Positions 27,108-37,330 of a stretch of DNA of 47,598 nt are shown here, piece by piece; positions within the stretch are counted from its first letter, which is position 1, and each line of letters opens with the position of its first letter. The position numbers and the translations under genes were made by a program. The DNA comes from Chthoniobacteraceae bacterium. Lineage in GTDB: Bacteria; Verrucomicrobiota; Verrucomicrobiia; Chthoniobacterales; Chthoniobacteraceae. The stretch is taken from positions 1 through 47,598 of the forward strand of contig DASVRR010000298.1 of NCBI GenBank assembly GCA_036388515.1, given 5' to 3'. The notes under the pieces were generated by a model that saw only the letters and a list, made by a program, of their open reading frames with translations, did no database searches and was not told where the DNA came from.

Positions 27108-29696
27108 CTAAAACAACGTCATCTGCGGCTTCATCTCCGCGAGCGCTTGCTGGGCGGCGAGTTTGTTCCGGGGCTTGCCGTGCTTGGGGAAAGGCGGCGC
27201 CTCGGCCAGCGTCGGTTTGCCGTCGGCGGTGAGTTCGTGCTGCTCGAGATTGCTCAGGATCTCCTTCGCTCGCGCGATGATCGAAGGCGGCAAACCAGCC
27301 AGCCGCGCGACCTGGATGCCGTAGCTTTTATCTGCGCCGCCCTTCACGATCTTCCGGAGGAAAATGATCTGATCGTTCCATTCGCGCACCGCGACGTTGT
27401 AGTTTCGGACGCCCGTGCGAGTCAGCTCCAGCTCCGTGAGCTCGTGGTAATGCGTGGCAAACAGCGTCCGCGCGCCGATTTCATCGTGCAGATATTCCGC
27501 GACGCTCCAGGCGATGCTCAACCCGTCAAAGGTGCTCGTGCCGCGCCCGATTTCATCGAGGATCACCAGGCTCCGCGCGGTCGCGTTGTTGGTGATGTTC
27601 GCGGTCTCATTCATCTCCACCATGAAGGTGCTTTGTCCGCGTGAGAGATCGTCGTTGGCCCCGACTCGGGTGAAGATGCGATCCGCCAGCCCGATCTCCG
27701 CGCTCGCCGCCGGCACCCACGAACCGATCTGCGCCATCAGCACCAGCAAGGCGACCTGCCGGATGTACGTGCTCTTCCCCGCCATGTTCGGCCCCGTCAG
27801 GATCAGCAGCCGGTTTTTCTCCCCATCGAGCAGCACATCGTTTGGGACAAATTTCTCCTCCACCAGCGCCTGATCCAGCACCGGATGCCGACCATCCGTG
27901 ATGCACAGCCGCAGATCTTCCCGCAGCTCCGGACGGCAGTAGCCGAAGAGCCGCGCCGTCTCCGCGAGCGAAGCCAAAACATCGAGCGTGGCGATTGCGC
28001 CTGCCGTAGTTTGCAGCGCCGCGAGATCGTTCAGCACTTCATTCCGGAGCTGGGTGAAAAGCTCGCCTTCCAGCGCTTTCGCGCGTTCATCCGCACCGAG
28101 GATCTTCCCTTCCACTTCCTTCAGCTCCGGCGTGATAAACCGTTCCCCATTCGCCACGGTTTGCTTGCGATGCCAGCTGGCGGGCACCGCGCCGAGATTC
28201 GACTTCGTGACCTCGATGAAGTAACCGAAAACCGAGGTGTAGCGGACTTTCAGCGACTTGATTCCCGTCTCCTCGATCGCGCGTTGCTGGAGTTCCGCGA
28301 TCCATTGTTTTCCTTCCGTGGAAGCGCGCCGCAACTCATCCAGCGCGTCGTTATAACCGTCGCGAAACATCCCGCCATCGCGCGTCAGCGCCGGAGGTTC
28401 TTCCACGATCGCCCGGCCCAGCAAATCCACGAGATGCGGCAGCGGATGCAGCTCGCGCAAAACCGTGCGCACCAGCGATTCTTCGTTTTCTTCCCCATCT
28501 TCATCTTCATCTCTGGCGGGGGAAAAAGATGAAGATGAAGCAAAAGACGAAGACGTCGCCAGCGCATCCAGATCGGACCGAAGCTGCGGGATTTGTTCCA
28601 GACTGCTCCGGAGCACTTGCAAGTCGCGCGCATTCCCGCCGGTCTGCGTGAGTCGGCCGACGGTTCGCTCCATGTCGCGGATTGCCTTCAGCGTCTCGCG
28701 CAGATTTCCGAGCAGGAACGGCTCCGCCAGCAGATCGCCGATGAACTGCTGGCGCGCCGTCAGTGCCGGCAAATCGCAGAGCGGATGGAGGATCCAGTCG
28801 CGCAATTTGCGCGCGCCCATCGGCGTCACCGTCCGATCCAAGGCGCCGAGCAGGCTCGTGTCGCGTCCGCCGCCGCGCGCTTGCACCAGCTCGAGGTTTG
28901 CCTGCGTCGCCGCATCGAGCACGAGAAATTGTCCGTTCCGATACGCCACGAGCCGCGCCACATGGCCGAGCGAACGCCGCAGTTCATGCTGGAGATAATG
29001 CAGGATCGCCCCCGCCGCGCCGATCGCCGGCCCCATTTCTCCACAGCCGAAACCATCCAGCGACTGCACCTTGAAATGCTCCACCAAAGCGGGAAACGCG
29101 TGATCGCGGAGGAAAGTGTAGCCGTCCCGCGGCACGAGTCCGCGCGAGAGTTCGCGGAATTGCGCGGCTTGATCTTCCGGCACGAGCAGCTCCGCCGGCT
29201 GCACGCGCGCGAGTTCATCCGCGAGCTCCTTTTCATCCGCGAGTTCGGTGAGGCGGAAGTCGCCGGTGGTCAGGTCGATGAAGGCAAAGCCGTAGCCGCT
29301 TTTGCCGCCCGTGCAGAGCGCCGCGAGGAAGTTGTTCCGCTTTGCGTCCAGCATCTGCAGATCGGAGATCGTTCCGGGACTGACGATATGCGTGACCGCC
29401 CGCTGCACGATTTGCCCTTTCTGCGGCTCGCTGACTTGATCGCAGATCGCGACCCGTTTTCCGGCCTGGACGAGCTTCCGGATGTAATTTTCCGCAGCGT
29501 GAAAAGGGACGCCGCACATCGGAACGAGATTGCGCTTGGTGAGCGCGACATTCAGGAGTGCGGAAGCTTCCTTCGCATCCTCGAAAAACATCTCGTAAAA
29601 ATCCCCCAGCCGGAAGAGCAGCAGCGTATCCGCCGGGAGCGAGCGCCGGATGCTCTGATACTGCTGCATCATCGGAGTGAGAGCGTCGGCGGGCAC
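27108..29696 (-). CDS. mutS: DNA mismatch repair protein MutS
   Basis: TPMMQQY, FRLGDFYEMF, TGPNMAGKSTY, GQSTFMVEM, LDEIGRGTST, ATHYHEL, SYGIQVA; GTG start 29696. Confidence 0.97.
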   Translation of the reverse strand: MPADALTPMMQQYQSIRRSLPADTLLLFRLGDFYEMFFEDAKEASALLNVALTKRNLVPMCGVPFHAAENYIRKLVQAGKRVAICDQVSEPQKGQIVQRAVTHIVSPGTISDLQMLDAKRNNFLAALCTGGKSGYGFAFIDLTTGDFRLTELADEKELADELARVQPAELLVPEDQAAQFRELSRGLVPRDGYTFLRDHAFPALVEHFKVQSLDGFGCGEMGPAIGAAGAILHYLQHELRRSLGHVARLVAYRNGQFLVLDAATQANLELVQARGGGRDTSLLGALDRTVTPMGARKLRDWILHPLCDLPALTARQQFIGDLLAEPFLLGNLRETLKAIRDMERTVGRLTQTGGNARDLQVLRSSLEQIPQLRSDLDALATSSSFASSSSFSPARDEDEDGEENEESLVRTVLRELHPLPHLVDLLGRAIVEEPPALTRDGGMFRDGYNDALDELRRASTEGKQWIAELQQRAIEETGIKSLKVRYTSVFGYFIEVTKSNLGAVPASWHRKQTVANGERFITPELKEVEGKILGADERAKALEGELFTQLRNEVLNDLAALQTTAGAIATLDVLASLAETARLFGYCRPELREDLRLCITDGRHPVLDQALVEEKFVPNDVLLDGEKNRLLILTGPNMAGKSTYIRQVALLVLMAQIGSWVPAASAEIGLADRIFTRVGANDDLSRGQSTFMVEMNETANITNNATARSLVILDEIGRGTSTFDGLSIAWSVAEYLHDEIGARTLFATHYHELTELELTRTGVRNYNVAVREWNDQIIFLRKIVKGGADKSYGIQVARLAGLPPSIIARAKEILSNLEQHELTADGKPTLAEAPPFPKHGKPRNKLAAQQALAEMKPQMTLF
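28480..28553. repeat. Palindromic hexamer-based repeat inside mutS
   Basis: CTTCATCTTCATCT (28499-28512) pairs with AGATGAAGATGAAG (28527-28540); outer TCTTCGT/ACGAAGA; left arm 28/32 identical to 38733-38764. Confidence 0.8.
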
Positions 29697-29919
29697 GGCG
29701 CGCAAGCTACCGGCCGGCGGAAGGAGCGGCAAGCGCGGGGCTGTGCGGAAGAAAGCGGCGCGGCCGATGGGGAACAAAACGCGGCCGCAGATTCCGCGCG
29801 CGCCAACCCGGCTTTTGGCTTGCCTGTGCCGGAGCGCGGGCCAACGTTCGCGGCTCCCGCCACGGCGCGCCCGTCGATCCGGCGCGGCGGCTTTTCCCCA
29901 ACCTTCCCCCTCAAAAAAA

Positions 29920-32679
29920 ATGCGCAGCTCTCCGCTTCTCCCCGCCTTTCTCCTGACGCTTCTCGCCGTCCTTTCCGGACCGTCCGCTTTTGCCGCCGCA
30001 CCTTCCGCACCGACCGCGCTCAAGGTCAACGACGTCGCCAACCCTGTCGGGATCAACGCGACTCCGCGTTTTGGCTGGCTGGTCAATGATCCGGACCCGG
30101 CGGAAATCCAGACGCGTTATCAGATCCTGGTGGCCACGACAGCCGCGCTGCTTTCTTCCGGAAGCAGCGACGTCTGGGACAGCGGCGAGGTCACGAGCCG
30201 GCAGCAATCGCAGGTGGTTTATGCCGGGCCGGCGCTTCTTCCGGAGACGCAGTACTTCTGGAAGATCCGCACGTGGGACAAGGACGGCGCGGCCAGTCCT
30301 TACTCGAACGTCGGCACGTTTGGCGTTGGATTAAACACGAACGCCGATTGGTCCGGAGCAGCGTGGATCAAACGCGATACGAACGTCGCCGATGACTATA
30401 CTTTCTTCCGGAAGTCCGTGGTGGTTCCCGAGCGCACGGTGGCGCGCGCGACGGTTTATATCAGCAGCGTTCACAAGTACGCGCTCTACCTCAATGGCAC
30501 GCTCCAGCTCAAAGGTCCGGCGTATCACTATCCGCAGTTTCAGTATTGCAACGCCGTCGATGTGACCTCCGCGATTGTTCCCGGCGCGCCGAATGTGTTC
30601 GCGATTTTCAACCATTGGTTTGGCGGCGGCCAAGGGCGTGCCACCAGCGCGCGCGGTGTCTTGATGAAGGCGGTCATTCATTACACCGACGGCACTTCCT
30701 CCGTGATCGGGACCGACGGCACCTGGAAGCAAACGCAGGCGACCGCGTGGATCACCGGCCAGCCGCAGCGCGGCGGGGAAGGCGTCGGTTACATCGAACG
30801 CATCGATGCCCGCAATCTCCTCCCCGACTGGAACAGCGTGGCTTTCAACGATGCAGCCTGGGCAAACGCGACCGTTATCGGCGGCCAGCCGACGGCTCCC
30901 TGGACGGGAACGCTTAACCCTGACCTGACGCGCATCGAAGAATCGGTCCGGGCGCCATTGACCATCACGGATAAAGGCGCGGGGAAATACGTCATCGATC
31001 TCGGCAAAGTGTACGCTGGAGTGCCGCGGATTTCCTTCACCGGCGGTGCTGCCGGAGACGTGGTGAACATGCGCGGCGGGTACGTGCTGAACGCGGCCGG
31101 CGAGATCGACACGACGAAAAATCAAAGCACCAACCTGAGCTTCTTCGCGGTGCTGAGCGGTGCGGCGTTTACCTATGAACCCGCGGAGTATTTCGGCATG
31201 CGTTATTTCCAGATCGATAACGCGCCGATGCCGGTGACCAGCGCGAACTTTCAGTTCATCGAGCGGCACAGCCGGCTGGAGGAAAATCGCTCCACCTTCG
31301 CCTCGTCCAATCCCACGCTGAACCGCGTCTGGGAGCTGATGAAGCATTCGCTCACGGTCTGCGCTCAGGAAGAATTTGTGGACACGCCGACGCGGGAAAA
31401 AGGCGGCTTCCTCGGGGACGCTTTCATCCAGAGCTCGGCCGCGATGTCCGTCCATGGCGAACGCGTGCTGAGCCGGCAGGCGTTGCATGAGTTCCTGCAA
31501 TCGATGACGCAGTTTTGGTCTGCGCCCGGGAACACCGGCCGGATGAACGCGGTCTATCCGAACTCCGACAATGGCCGCGATATTCCGGACTACACGCAAT
31601 GTTATCTTCCGTGGGTTTGGGAATACTACCAGCAGACCGGCGACAAGGCGTTCCTCGCGGCGAACTTTCCGCAGTTCAAGAGCATTGGGGAATATGTCCA
31701 CCGTTCGCGCAACGCGAGCACCGGGTTGATCACCGATCTCGTCGGCGGTGCCGGCGCGTATCAGTTTGGGATCATCGATTGGCCGGCCTCGATGCGCTTT
31801 GGCTACGACATGACCGCGGCGCGCACCGTGATCAATTGCTGGGCCTGGCTGGATTACGATCTCCTCGCGCGGATCGCCGGAGAACTCGACCAAACCGCGG
31901 ATCGCGATCTCTTCCGCACGCGGGCGGACGATCTTCAAACCGCGATCAATTCCAGGCTGCTCCACTCCAGCGGCGTCTATGTGGACGGCCTGAACGCCAG
32001 CGCCGTCCAGAGCGCGCACGTTTCGCAACAAGCGAACGCTTTCCCTCTCGCGCTCGGCCTCGTCCCTGCTGCGCAACGGGCGAGCGTGGTGGCAAAAGTC
32101 AAAGAGCTGCGAATGAGTTCCGGAATGATCACGCTGCCGTGGCTGGTGCAATCGATCGGCGAAGCGGGCGAAGGCGAACACTTGATCGAGCTCTTCACCA
32201 ATCCGGAATGGCTCGGCTGGGCGCGCTCGCTCGCGCTCGGCGCCACGGTGACCTGGGAGTCGTGGAACTCCGACACCGACGGCACCAGCCAATCGCACGG
32301 CTGGGGCGCCGCCGGTCTCAATGGTTACGTGCGTTACATTCTCGGCGTAAAACCGCTGAAACCGCAGTTTCAAGAAGTGCAGATTCGGCCGCTCGAGTTC
32401 GGGACAAAGCTCACCTCGGCTCGCGGCAAGGTGCCCACCGAGCGCGGCGATCTGGCGGTCAGTTGGGATCGCACACCCGCGCGTTTCCAGCTCGAGGTGA
32501 CGATCCCGGTCAATGTCACCGCGACGATCCAGGTGCCGCGCGGCCTGCTTGCTGGGGATGCTTTGAAGGTCGATGGCGTCGCTGTGGTCGGCACGCCAGC
32601 TGGGGATTACCTGTCGGTCTCCGGAATCGGTTCGGGCACGCACCGCGTGGAGCGCGTCTTCGGTCAGATTGCTGAATAG
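29920..32679 (+). CDS. GH78 alpha-L-rhamnosidase-family glycoside hydrolase
   Basis: Signal peptide, P.FGW...QT.YQI..WDSG, IDLG, FVDTPTREKG..LGD, IIDW, GATVTWESW, SQSHGW, GDLAVSW. Confidence 0.88.
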   Translation: MRSSPLLPAFLLTLLAVLSGPSAFAAAPSAPTALKVNDVANPVGINATPRFGWLVNDPDPAEIQTRYQILVATTAALLSSGSSDVWDSGEVTSRQQSQVVYAGPALLPETQYFWKIRTWDKDGAASPYSNVGTFGVGLNTNADWSGAAWIKRDTNVADDYTFFRKSVVVPERTVARATVYISSVHKYALYLNGTLQLKGPAYHYPQFQYCNAVDVTSAIVPGAPNVFAIFNHWFGGGQGRATSARGVLMKAVIHYTDGTSSVIGTDGTWKQTQATAWITGQPQRGGEGVGYIERIDARNLLPDWNSVAFNDAAWANATVIGGQPTAPWTGTLNPDLTRIEESVRAPLTITDKGAGKYVIDLGKVYAGVPRISFTGGAAGDVVNMRGGYVLNAAGEIDTTKNQSTNLSFFAVLSGAAFTYEPAEYFGMRYFQIDNAPMPVTSANFQFIERHSRLEENRSTFASSNPTLNRVWELMKHSLTVCAQEEFVDTPTREKGGFLGDAFIQSSAAMSVHGERVLSRQALHEFLQSMTQFWSAPGNTGRMNAVYPNSDNGRDIPDYTQCYLPWVWEYYQQTGDKAFLAANFPQFKSIGEYVHRSRNASTGLITDLVGGAGAYQFGIIDWPASMRFGYDMTAARTVINCWAWLDYDLLARIAGELDQTADRDLFRTRADDLQTAINSRLLHSSGVYVDGLNASAVQSAHVSQQANAFPLALGLVPAAQRASVVAKVKELRMSSGMITLPWLVQSIGEAGEGEHLIELFTNPEWLGWARSLALGATVTWESWNSDTDGTSQSHGWGAAGLNGYVRYILGVKPLKPQFQEVQIRPLEFGTKLTSARGKVPTERGDLAVSWDRTPARFQLEVTIPVNVTATIQVPRGLLAGDALKVDGVAVVGTPAGDYLSVSGIGSGTHRVERVFGQIAE

Positions 32680-32687
32680 CGGGAAAA

Positions 32688-32749
32688 GAATCAGGAAGGC
32701 TGGAACTCAGGAAAGCCTTTCAGGTTCTGCTTTCCTAAGTTCCTGATTC
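32688..32749. repeat. Palindromic 9-bp-period repeat (TCAGGAA-based)
   Basis: GAATCAGGAA..GGAACTCAGGAAAGC / GCTTTCCTAAGTTCCTGATTC, just after the GH78 stop. Confidence 0.7.
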
Positions 32750-32923
32750 GGAAAGTTCTTTTGGCAACTAGTCGAGCTGCTGCAGAAGTTCCGCCTCGTG
32801 AGCGGGGAAGAACCCGAACGTTTTTTGCAAATCGCCATCGCCGCCCGACGTCCATCCCGATGCACCTCCAGGCGTGCATTGCGCGAGTGAACCCGCCAAC
32901 TTCCGGAGCTTCCCGCCGCCCGT

Positions 32924-34267
32924 ATGAATCTCCGCCGTTTTTATCCCCTCGCCGCGTTTCCGCAGCAACGCCAGCTCTGGTCCTGGATCTCCTTCGACGT
33001 CGCGAATCAGTCCTTCACGCTGATCATCAACACGCTGCTTTTCTCGATCTTTTTCTCCCAGGTCGTGGTGCGCAACGACGCAATCGATGACCGGTTGTGG
33101 GCTTTCACTTATGGCACCAGCATGCTGCTCTGCGCGCTGCTTTCCCCGATCGCCGGCGCGGCTGCGGATGAACGCGCGTGGAAGAAGCGCTGCCTGATCG
33201 GCACCGGGATCACCTGCGGCGTTTTCACCTGCGCGCTGGCCTTCATCCAGCCCGGCCAGATCTGGCTCGCGGTGCTGCTTTACATCCCGGCAAACTTCGC
33301 TTTCTCGATCGGCGAAAACTTCCTCGCCAGTTTCCTCCCCAGCCTCGGTCCGCAGGATCAAGTGGGACGCGTGAGCGGCTTTTCGTGGGCTTGTTCCTAC
33401 GGTGCGGCGTTGCTCCTGCTCGGGCTCACGGCCGGTGCGATGTTGCTCTTTAAATGGGAGTCGCCGGAGCAATGGCGGCCGTTTTTCATCTTCTCCGGAC
33501 TTTGGTTCCTGGTCTTCCTCGTTCCGACGATGCTCTGGCTGCGCGAACCGCCGGTCCCGCACACTGTTCATCCCGGCCGCAATCTCCTCGCCGCCGGCTT
33601 CGTGCGGCTCGCCGAAAGCATCCGGAATACTTCGCGTTACCGCGACCTCGCCGTATTGCTCGGCGCGTCACTTTTCTACGGCACCGGGATGAGCGTGGTC
33701 ATCTTTTTTGCCAGCAAACTCGCCGGCGAGTACGGTTTTACTCAGCTGAATCTGGTGGTCTTTGTCGCGGTGATCACGGTCTCCGGAATCATCGGCACGA
33801 TCATCCCCACGCTCTACCAGGATCGGCTCGGACACCGCCGCGCGACCGTCATTTTCCTCGTCGTTTGGGTGCTCACCGCCTGCGCCTTCGCCGGCTACGC
33901 CTCGCTGCACGAGGCGCACTCTCGGGTGCCCGGCGCCGCGCCGTATCCCACCTGGCCGCTCTGGATCATCGGCAATCTGCTCGGCTTCGGACTCGGCTCG
34001 CTCGGTTCGGCGAACCGCGCGTTCGTCGGTTACCTCGCGCCGCCGAGCCGCTCCGCGGAAATCTTCGGCCTGTGGGGTTTGATGTGGAAACTTTCCGCAA
34101 TCATGACGTTCCCCTTTGCCTGGATCAAAGACACGATGGGCACTCCGTCCGCATTGGTTCTGCTGGCAGGTTTTCTCCTCAGTGGCTTGATCATCACCCT
34201 TTTCATCGACGAAAAACGCGGCCATCTCGCGGCTCATGCCGCGGAGCCGGAAGCCGCCGGGCCTTGA
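32924..34267 (+). CDS. MFS transporter (UMF1/ATG22-like)
   Basis: WISFDVANQSF, SPIAGAAAD, SFLP.L...GRVSGFSW, FGLW....KLSA; about 12 TM segments. Confidence 0.85.
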   Translation: MNLRRFYPLAAFPQQRQLWSWISFDVANQSFTLIINTLLFSIFFSQVVVRNDAIDDRLWAFTYGTSMLLCALLSPIAGAAADERAWKKRCLIGTGITCGVFTCALAFIQPGQIWLAVLLYIPANFAFSIGENFLASFLPSLGPQDQVGRVSGFSWACSYGAALLLLGLTAGAMLLFKWESPEQWRPFFIFSGLWFLVFLVPTMLWLREPPVPHTVHPGRNLLAAGFVRLAESIRNTSRYRDLAVLLGASLFYGTGMSVVIFFASKLAGEYGFTQLNLVVFVAVITVSGIIGTIIPTLYQDRLGHRRATVIFLVVWVLTACAFAGYASLHEAHSRVPGAAPYPTWPLWIIGNLLGFGLGSLGSANRAFVGYLAPPSRSAEIFGLWGLMWKLSAIMTFPFAWIKDTMGTPSALVLLAGFLLSGLIITLFIDEKRGHLAAHAAEPEAAGP

Positions 34268-34456
34268 GCGGAAGCGCCTCGCCGTGTTCGCGCAGATTGA
34301 GTTCCTCCTCATTCCCGCGCTGAGCTGGGGAAGAAATCGCTCCAGCAAAAATAACGGTCTCTTCCAGCAAAGCGCAAAAAAGGAAGGCCTGCTTTTCGTT
34401 TCGTCCGTCTTGTTCCAGATGATCTCTTCCACCTTCCCCGTCATCACTTTTCTCCC

Positions 34457-36667
34457 ATGACCTCCTCGTCCCTCGGTTCGGCGCTGCGCGCCTTTGGCCG
34501 GTCGCTGGCTTTTTTCTTCTATCGCGTCACGCCGTTTGGCCAGCATTGGCTTCCGGAAAAAGGCGGCTTTCTCCTGCTCCCAAATCACCTCACCTGGGTC
34601 GATGCCGTGATCCTGCAGATCGCCTGCCCGCGCCCGATCCGCTTCATCATCGATGCCGGCATTTACCAGCAGCGCCTGCTCAATCCAATCCTCCGCGCGT
34701 TCGGCACTCTCCCCATCTCGCCGAAGCGCGCGCGCGACGCCGTCCGCATCGCCGCCGAGTGCATCCAGGCCGGCGAAATCGTCTGCATTTTCCCCGAAGG
34801 CGAACTCTCGCGCACCGGCATGCTGCTGCGCTTGCGGCGCGGTTATGAGTTGATCGCCAAAGCTTCCGGAGCGCCTGTTGTCCCGGTCTGGCTGGATCGG
34901 CTCTGGGGTTCGGTTTTCTCCTTTGAAGGCGGGAAGTTTTTCTTCAAGTGGCCGCGGCGGATTCCCTATCCCGTGAGCGTGGCTTTCGGCGCGCCAATGA
35001 CTCCGGAAGAAGCCGACATCGCGCTGGTCCGCGAACGTTTTCTCGAGCTCGGCGAGTTCTGCTACCAGCAGCGTCCGGAGCTGGAAGGCCATCTCGCCCG
35101 GGCCTGCGTGCGCGGCTTGAAAAAAGGTCAATGGCATACCGCGGTGATCGACGGGATGGATCACTCGAAACTCTCCAGCGGAATGCTCCTCGCGGCGGCG
35201 ATCGCGCTTTCGCAGCGGATCAAAAAAGACTGCGCCAGCTCGCGGATCAGCATCGTCCTGCCGCCGGGAAAAGCCGCGGTCCTGGCAAACCTCGCGGTGA
35301 CGCTGGCCGGGAAGACTCCAGTGAATCTGAACTTCACCGCCGGTCGCAGTTCGGTCGAGGCCGCGTTGCGGATCGGACAGGTGCGCGATTGCCTTACCGC
35401 GCGGCCTTTCGTCAAGCGGCTCCCGGATTTTCCCTGGCCATCGCACTTGCTCCAGCTGGATGAAATCCTCCCGCCGCTCAAGCCGCAGATCATTGCCTGG
35501 CGCTGTGTCGTGGCGATTCTCCCCGCGTGGGCGCTCAGCGCTTTTCTCCGGCTTCCGCGCACCGGCGACCGGGATGAAGCGGTGATTCTTTTTACCAGCG
35601 GCTCGAGCGGGGAACCAAAAGGCGTGGTCCTCAGCCACCGGAATCTGCTCGGGAATGTCTCCCAGTTTTCCATCATGCTGAACCTCGGGCGCAAAGACAC
35701 CGTGCTCGCCTGTCTGCCGTTCTTCCACAGCTTTGGTTCCACCGTCACGCTCTGGTATCCGCTGATCGAAGGCGTCCGCGCGGTCACCTATCCGAACCCG
35801 CTGGAGATCAGCAAAAACGCGGACCTCATCGAGCGCTACGGAGTCACGCTTTTCTGCACCACACCGACTTTTCTCCGCGGCTACTTGCGGAAGATCGAGC
35901 CCGCACAAATGCGTTCGCTGGAGCTGATCGTCACCGGCGCGGAAAGATTGCCGCCAGAGTTGGCGGAGGCCTTCCGCGAACGGTTCGGGAAAGAAATCCT
36001 CCAAGGTTACGGCCTGACCGAAACCGCGCCGGTCGCCGCGGTGAATCTTCCGGAACCAAAAGCCAGCCGGCCTGGGGACAACGTCCAGCCTTCGAATCGC
36101 CTTGGTTCCGTGGGGAAGCTCGCGCCCGGAATGGCCGCGCAGATTCGCGATCCGGAATCCGGCGCGCGCTTGACGCTGCACGACACCGGGATGCTTTGGC
36201 TGCGCGGACCGAATATCTTCGAAGGTTACCTGAATGATCCGGAACGCAGCGCGGAAGTGCTGGTCGATCGTTGGTTCAAAACCGGCGACCTGGCGCGTTT
36301 CGACGAAGATGGATTTTGCTTCATCGAGGGCCGACTTTCCCGCTTCTCCAAAATCGGCGGCGAGATGGTGCCGCACGAAACCGTGGAATCGAAAATCGCC
36401 GAGCTGCTGGAGCTGCCGAAGGACGAACGGTTGATCGCCATCGCCGGCATTCCGGATGAAGCAAAAGGCGAAGCCCTGGTGCTGCTCGCTGCGACGGAAA
36501 TCGACGCCGCGGATCTCCGGAAGAAACTCACGGATGGCGGAATGCCGAATCTCTGGATCCCGCGAATCATCCGGCGAATCGACGCCATCCCGATCCTTGG
36601 CTCCGGAAAGCTCGACCTCTCCCGCTGCAAAGAAGCCGCGCTGGCCGATTCCTCGCCGCCCGCCTGA
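34457..36667 (+). CDS. aas: Aas-like bifunctional acyltransferase / acyl-ACP synthetase
   Basis: PNHLTWVD and IFPEG (PlsC domain); FTSGSSGEPKG, QGYGLTE, FKTGD, SRFSKIGGEMV, GSGK (AMP-binding domain). Confidence 0.85.
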   Translation: MTSSSLGSALRAFGRSLAFFFYRVTPFGQHWLPEKGGFLLLPNHLTWVDAVILQIACPRPIRFIIDAGIYQQRLLNPILRAFGTLPISPKRARDAVRIAAECIQAGEIVCIFPEGELSRTGMLLRLRRGYELIAKASGAPVVPVWLDRLWGSVFSFEGGKFFFKWPRRIPYPVSVAFGAPMTPEEADIALVRERFLELGEFCYQQRPELEGHLARACVRGLKKGQWHTAVIDGMDHSKLSSGMLLAAAIALSQRIKKDCASSRISIVLPPGKAAVLANLAVTLAGKTPVNLNFTAGRSSVEAALRIGQVRDCLTARPFVKRLPDFPWPSHLLQLDEILPPLKPQIIAWRCVVAILPAWALSAFLRLPRTGDRDEAVILFTSGSSGEPKGVVLSHRNLLGNVSQFSIMLNLGRKDTVLACLPFFHSFGSTVTLWYPLIEGVRAVTYPNPLEISKNADLIERYGVTLFCTTPTFLRGYLRKIEPAQMRSLELIVTGAERLPPELAEAFRERFGKEILQGYGLTETAPVAAVNLPEPKASRPGDNVQPSNRLGSVGKLAPGMAAQIRDPESGARLTLHDTGMLWLRGPNIFEGYLNDPERSAEVLVDRWFKTGDLARFDEDGFCFIEGRLSRFSKIGGEMVPHETVESKIAELLELPKDERLIAIAGIPDEAKGEALVLLAATEIDAADLRKKLTDGGMPNLWIPRIIRRIDAIPILGSGKLDLSRCKEAALADSSPPA

Positions 36668-36775
36668 TCGATTTACGTGCGGAGGAAAGTTCGCTTCGGT
36701 ACGGCCGTTGGCTCCCGCCTTTCGGCTGTTCCTGGAGGCGGATCAAAGGTTACCGCCTGTCCTCCTCGGCCGCGC

Positions 36776-37261
36776 TTAGTGCGTCCCGGGCGGGGAAGGC
36801 GCGGGAATCTTTTCCCCGGGCTCGCGGATCGGCTTTGGCACCGATGTCGCCTTGTAAACCACCGTGGCAAAAAGCGCGAAGACGATGTGTGAAAGCAACG
36901 CTCGCGATTCCGGGCTTTCCGCGCGAATTCCCAGGCTGAAGAAGATCGCGAAGCTGATTCCGTAAAGCGCCGCGCCGGTCGCGACTCCGATCAAAATCGC
37001 CGGCGCCAATCGAAAGCGATAGGTGGTGAAAGCGAGCGCCGTGGCGTAGGCGAAAGCGGAAAGAAAGTGGAAGATGATCAGGGCGGCGAAATTCGTTTTC
37101 ACCACGCGCCCCATGACCGAGTTCATCGTCCCGGCCGTGGTCCACGGGCTGCCGCCGGCGAAGACAAAGGTGATTGTCCCCACAACCGCGGCGGCGACGA
37201 GGATTGCGTGGGGGCTGACCCGCTGGCGGGCGCGCCATTCTTGGTGGTCGGGAGTTTCCAT
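36776..37261 (-). CDS. Hypothetical multi-TM membrane protein
   Basis: About 4 hydrophobic segments, two with intramembrane His (FHFLS, SHIVF). Confidence 0.65.
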   Translation of the reverse strand: METPDHQEWRARQRVSPHAILVAAAVVGTITFVFAGGSPWTTAGTMNSVMGRVVKTNFAALIIFHFLSAFAYATALAFTTYRFRLAPAILIGVATGAALYGISFAIFFSLGIRAESPESRALLSHIVFALFATVVYKATSVPKPIREPGEKIPAPSPPGTH

Positions 37262-37330
37262 CGCACTGGTTTCGAGACACGGCGCGGCCTCGTGCTTCCG
37301 TGTTCGCCTGAAGGCAATATCAGGCGGCCA

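Noticed and set aside
29913-29920. A8 tract at the GH78 start as a phase-variation switch
   Set aside because: It lies at or upstream of the likely ATG, so slippage would not shift the frame, and the tract is short.
29677-30086. Long overlapping N-terminal extensions of mutS and GH78 in the ORF track
   Set aside because: The extensions are non-homologous and cross each other; the real starts are most likely 29696 (-) and 29920 (+).
30331-36376. Long antisense ORFs (770 aa, 902 aa) and similar shadows across the window
   Set aside because: Antisense shadows of high-GC genes with no recognisable motifs.
32924-36667. MFS gene as a split LplT partner of aas
   Set aside because: Its motifs fit the UMF1/ATG22 family rather than LplT, and a 189-bp gap separates the genes.
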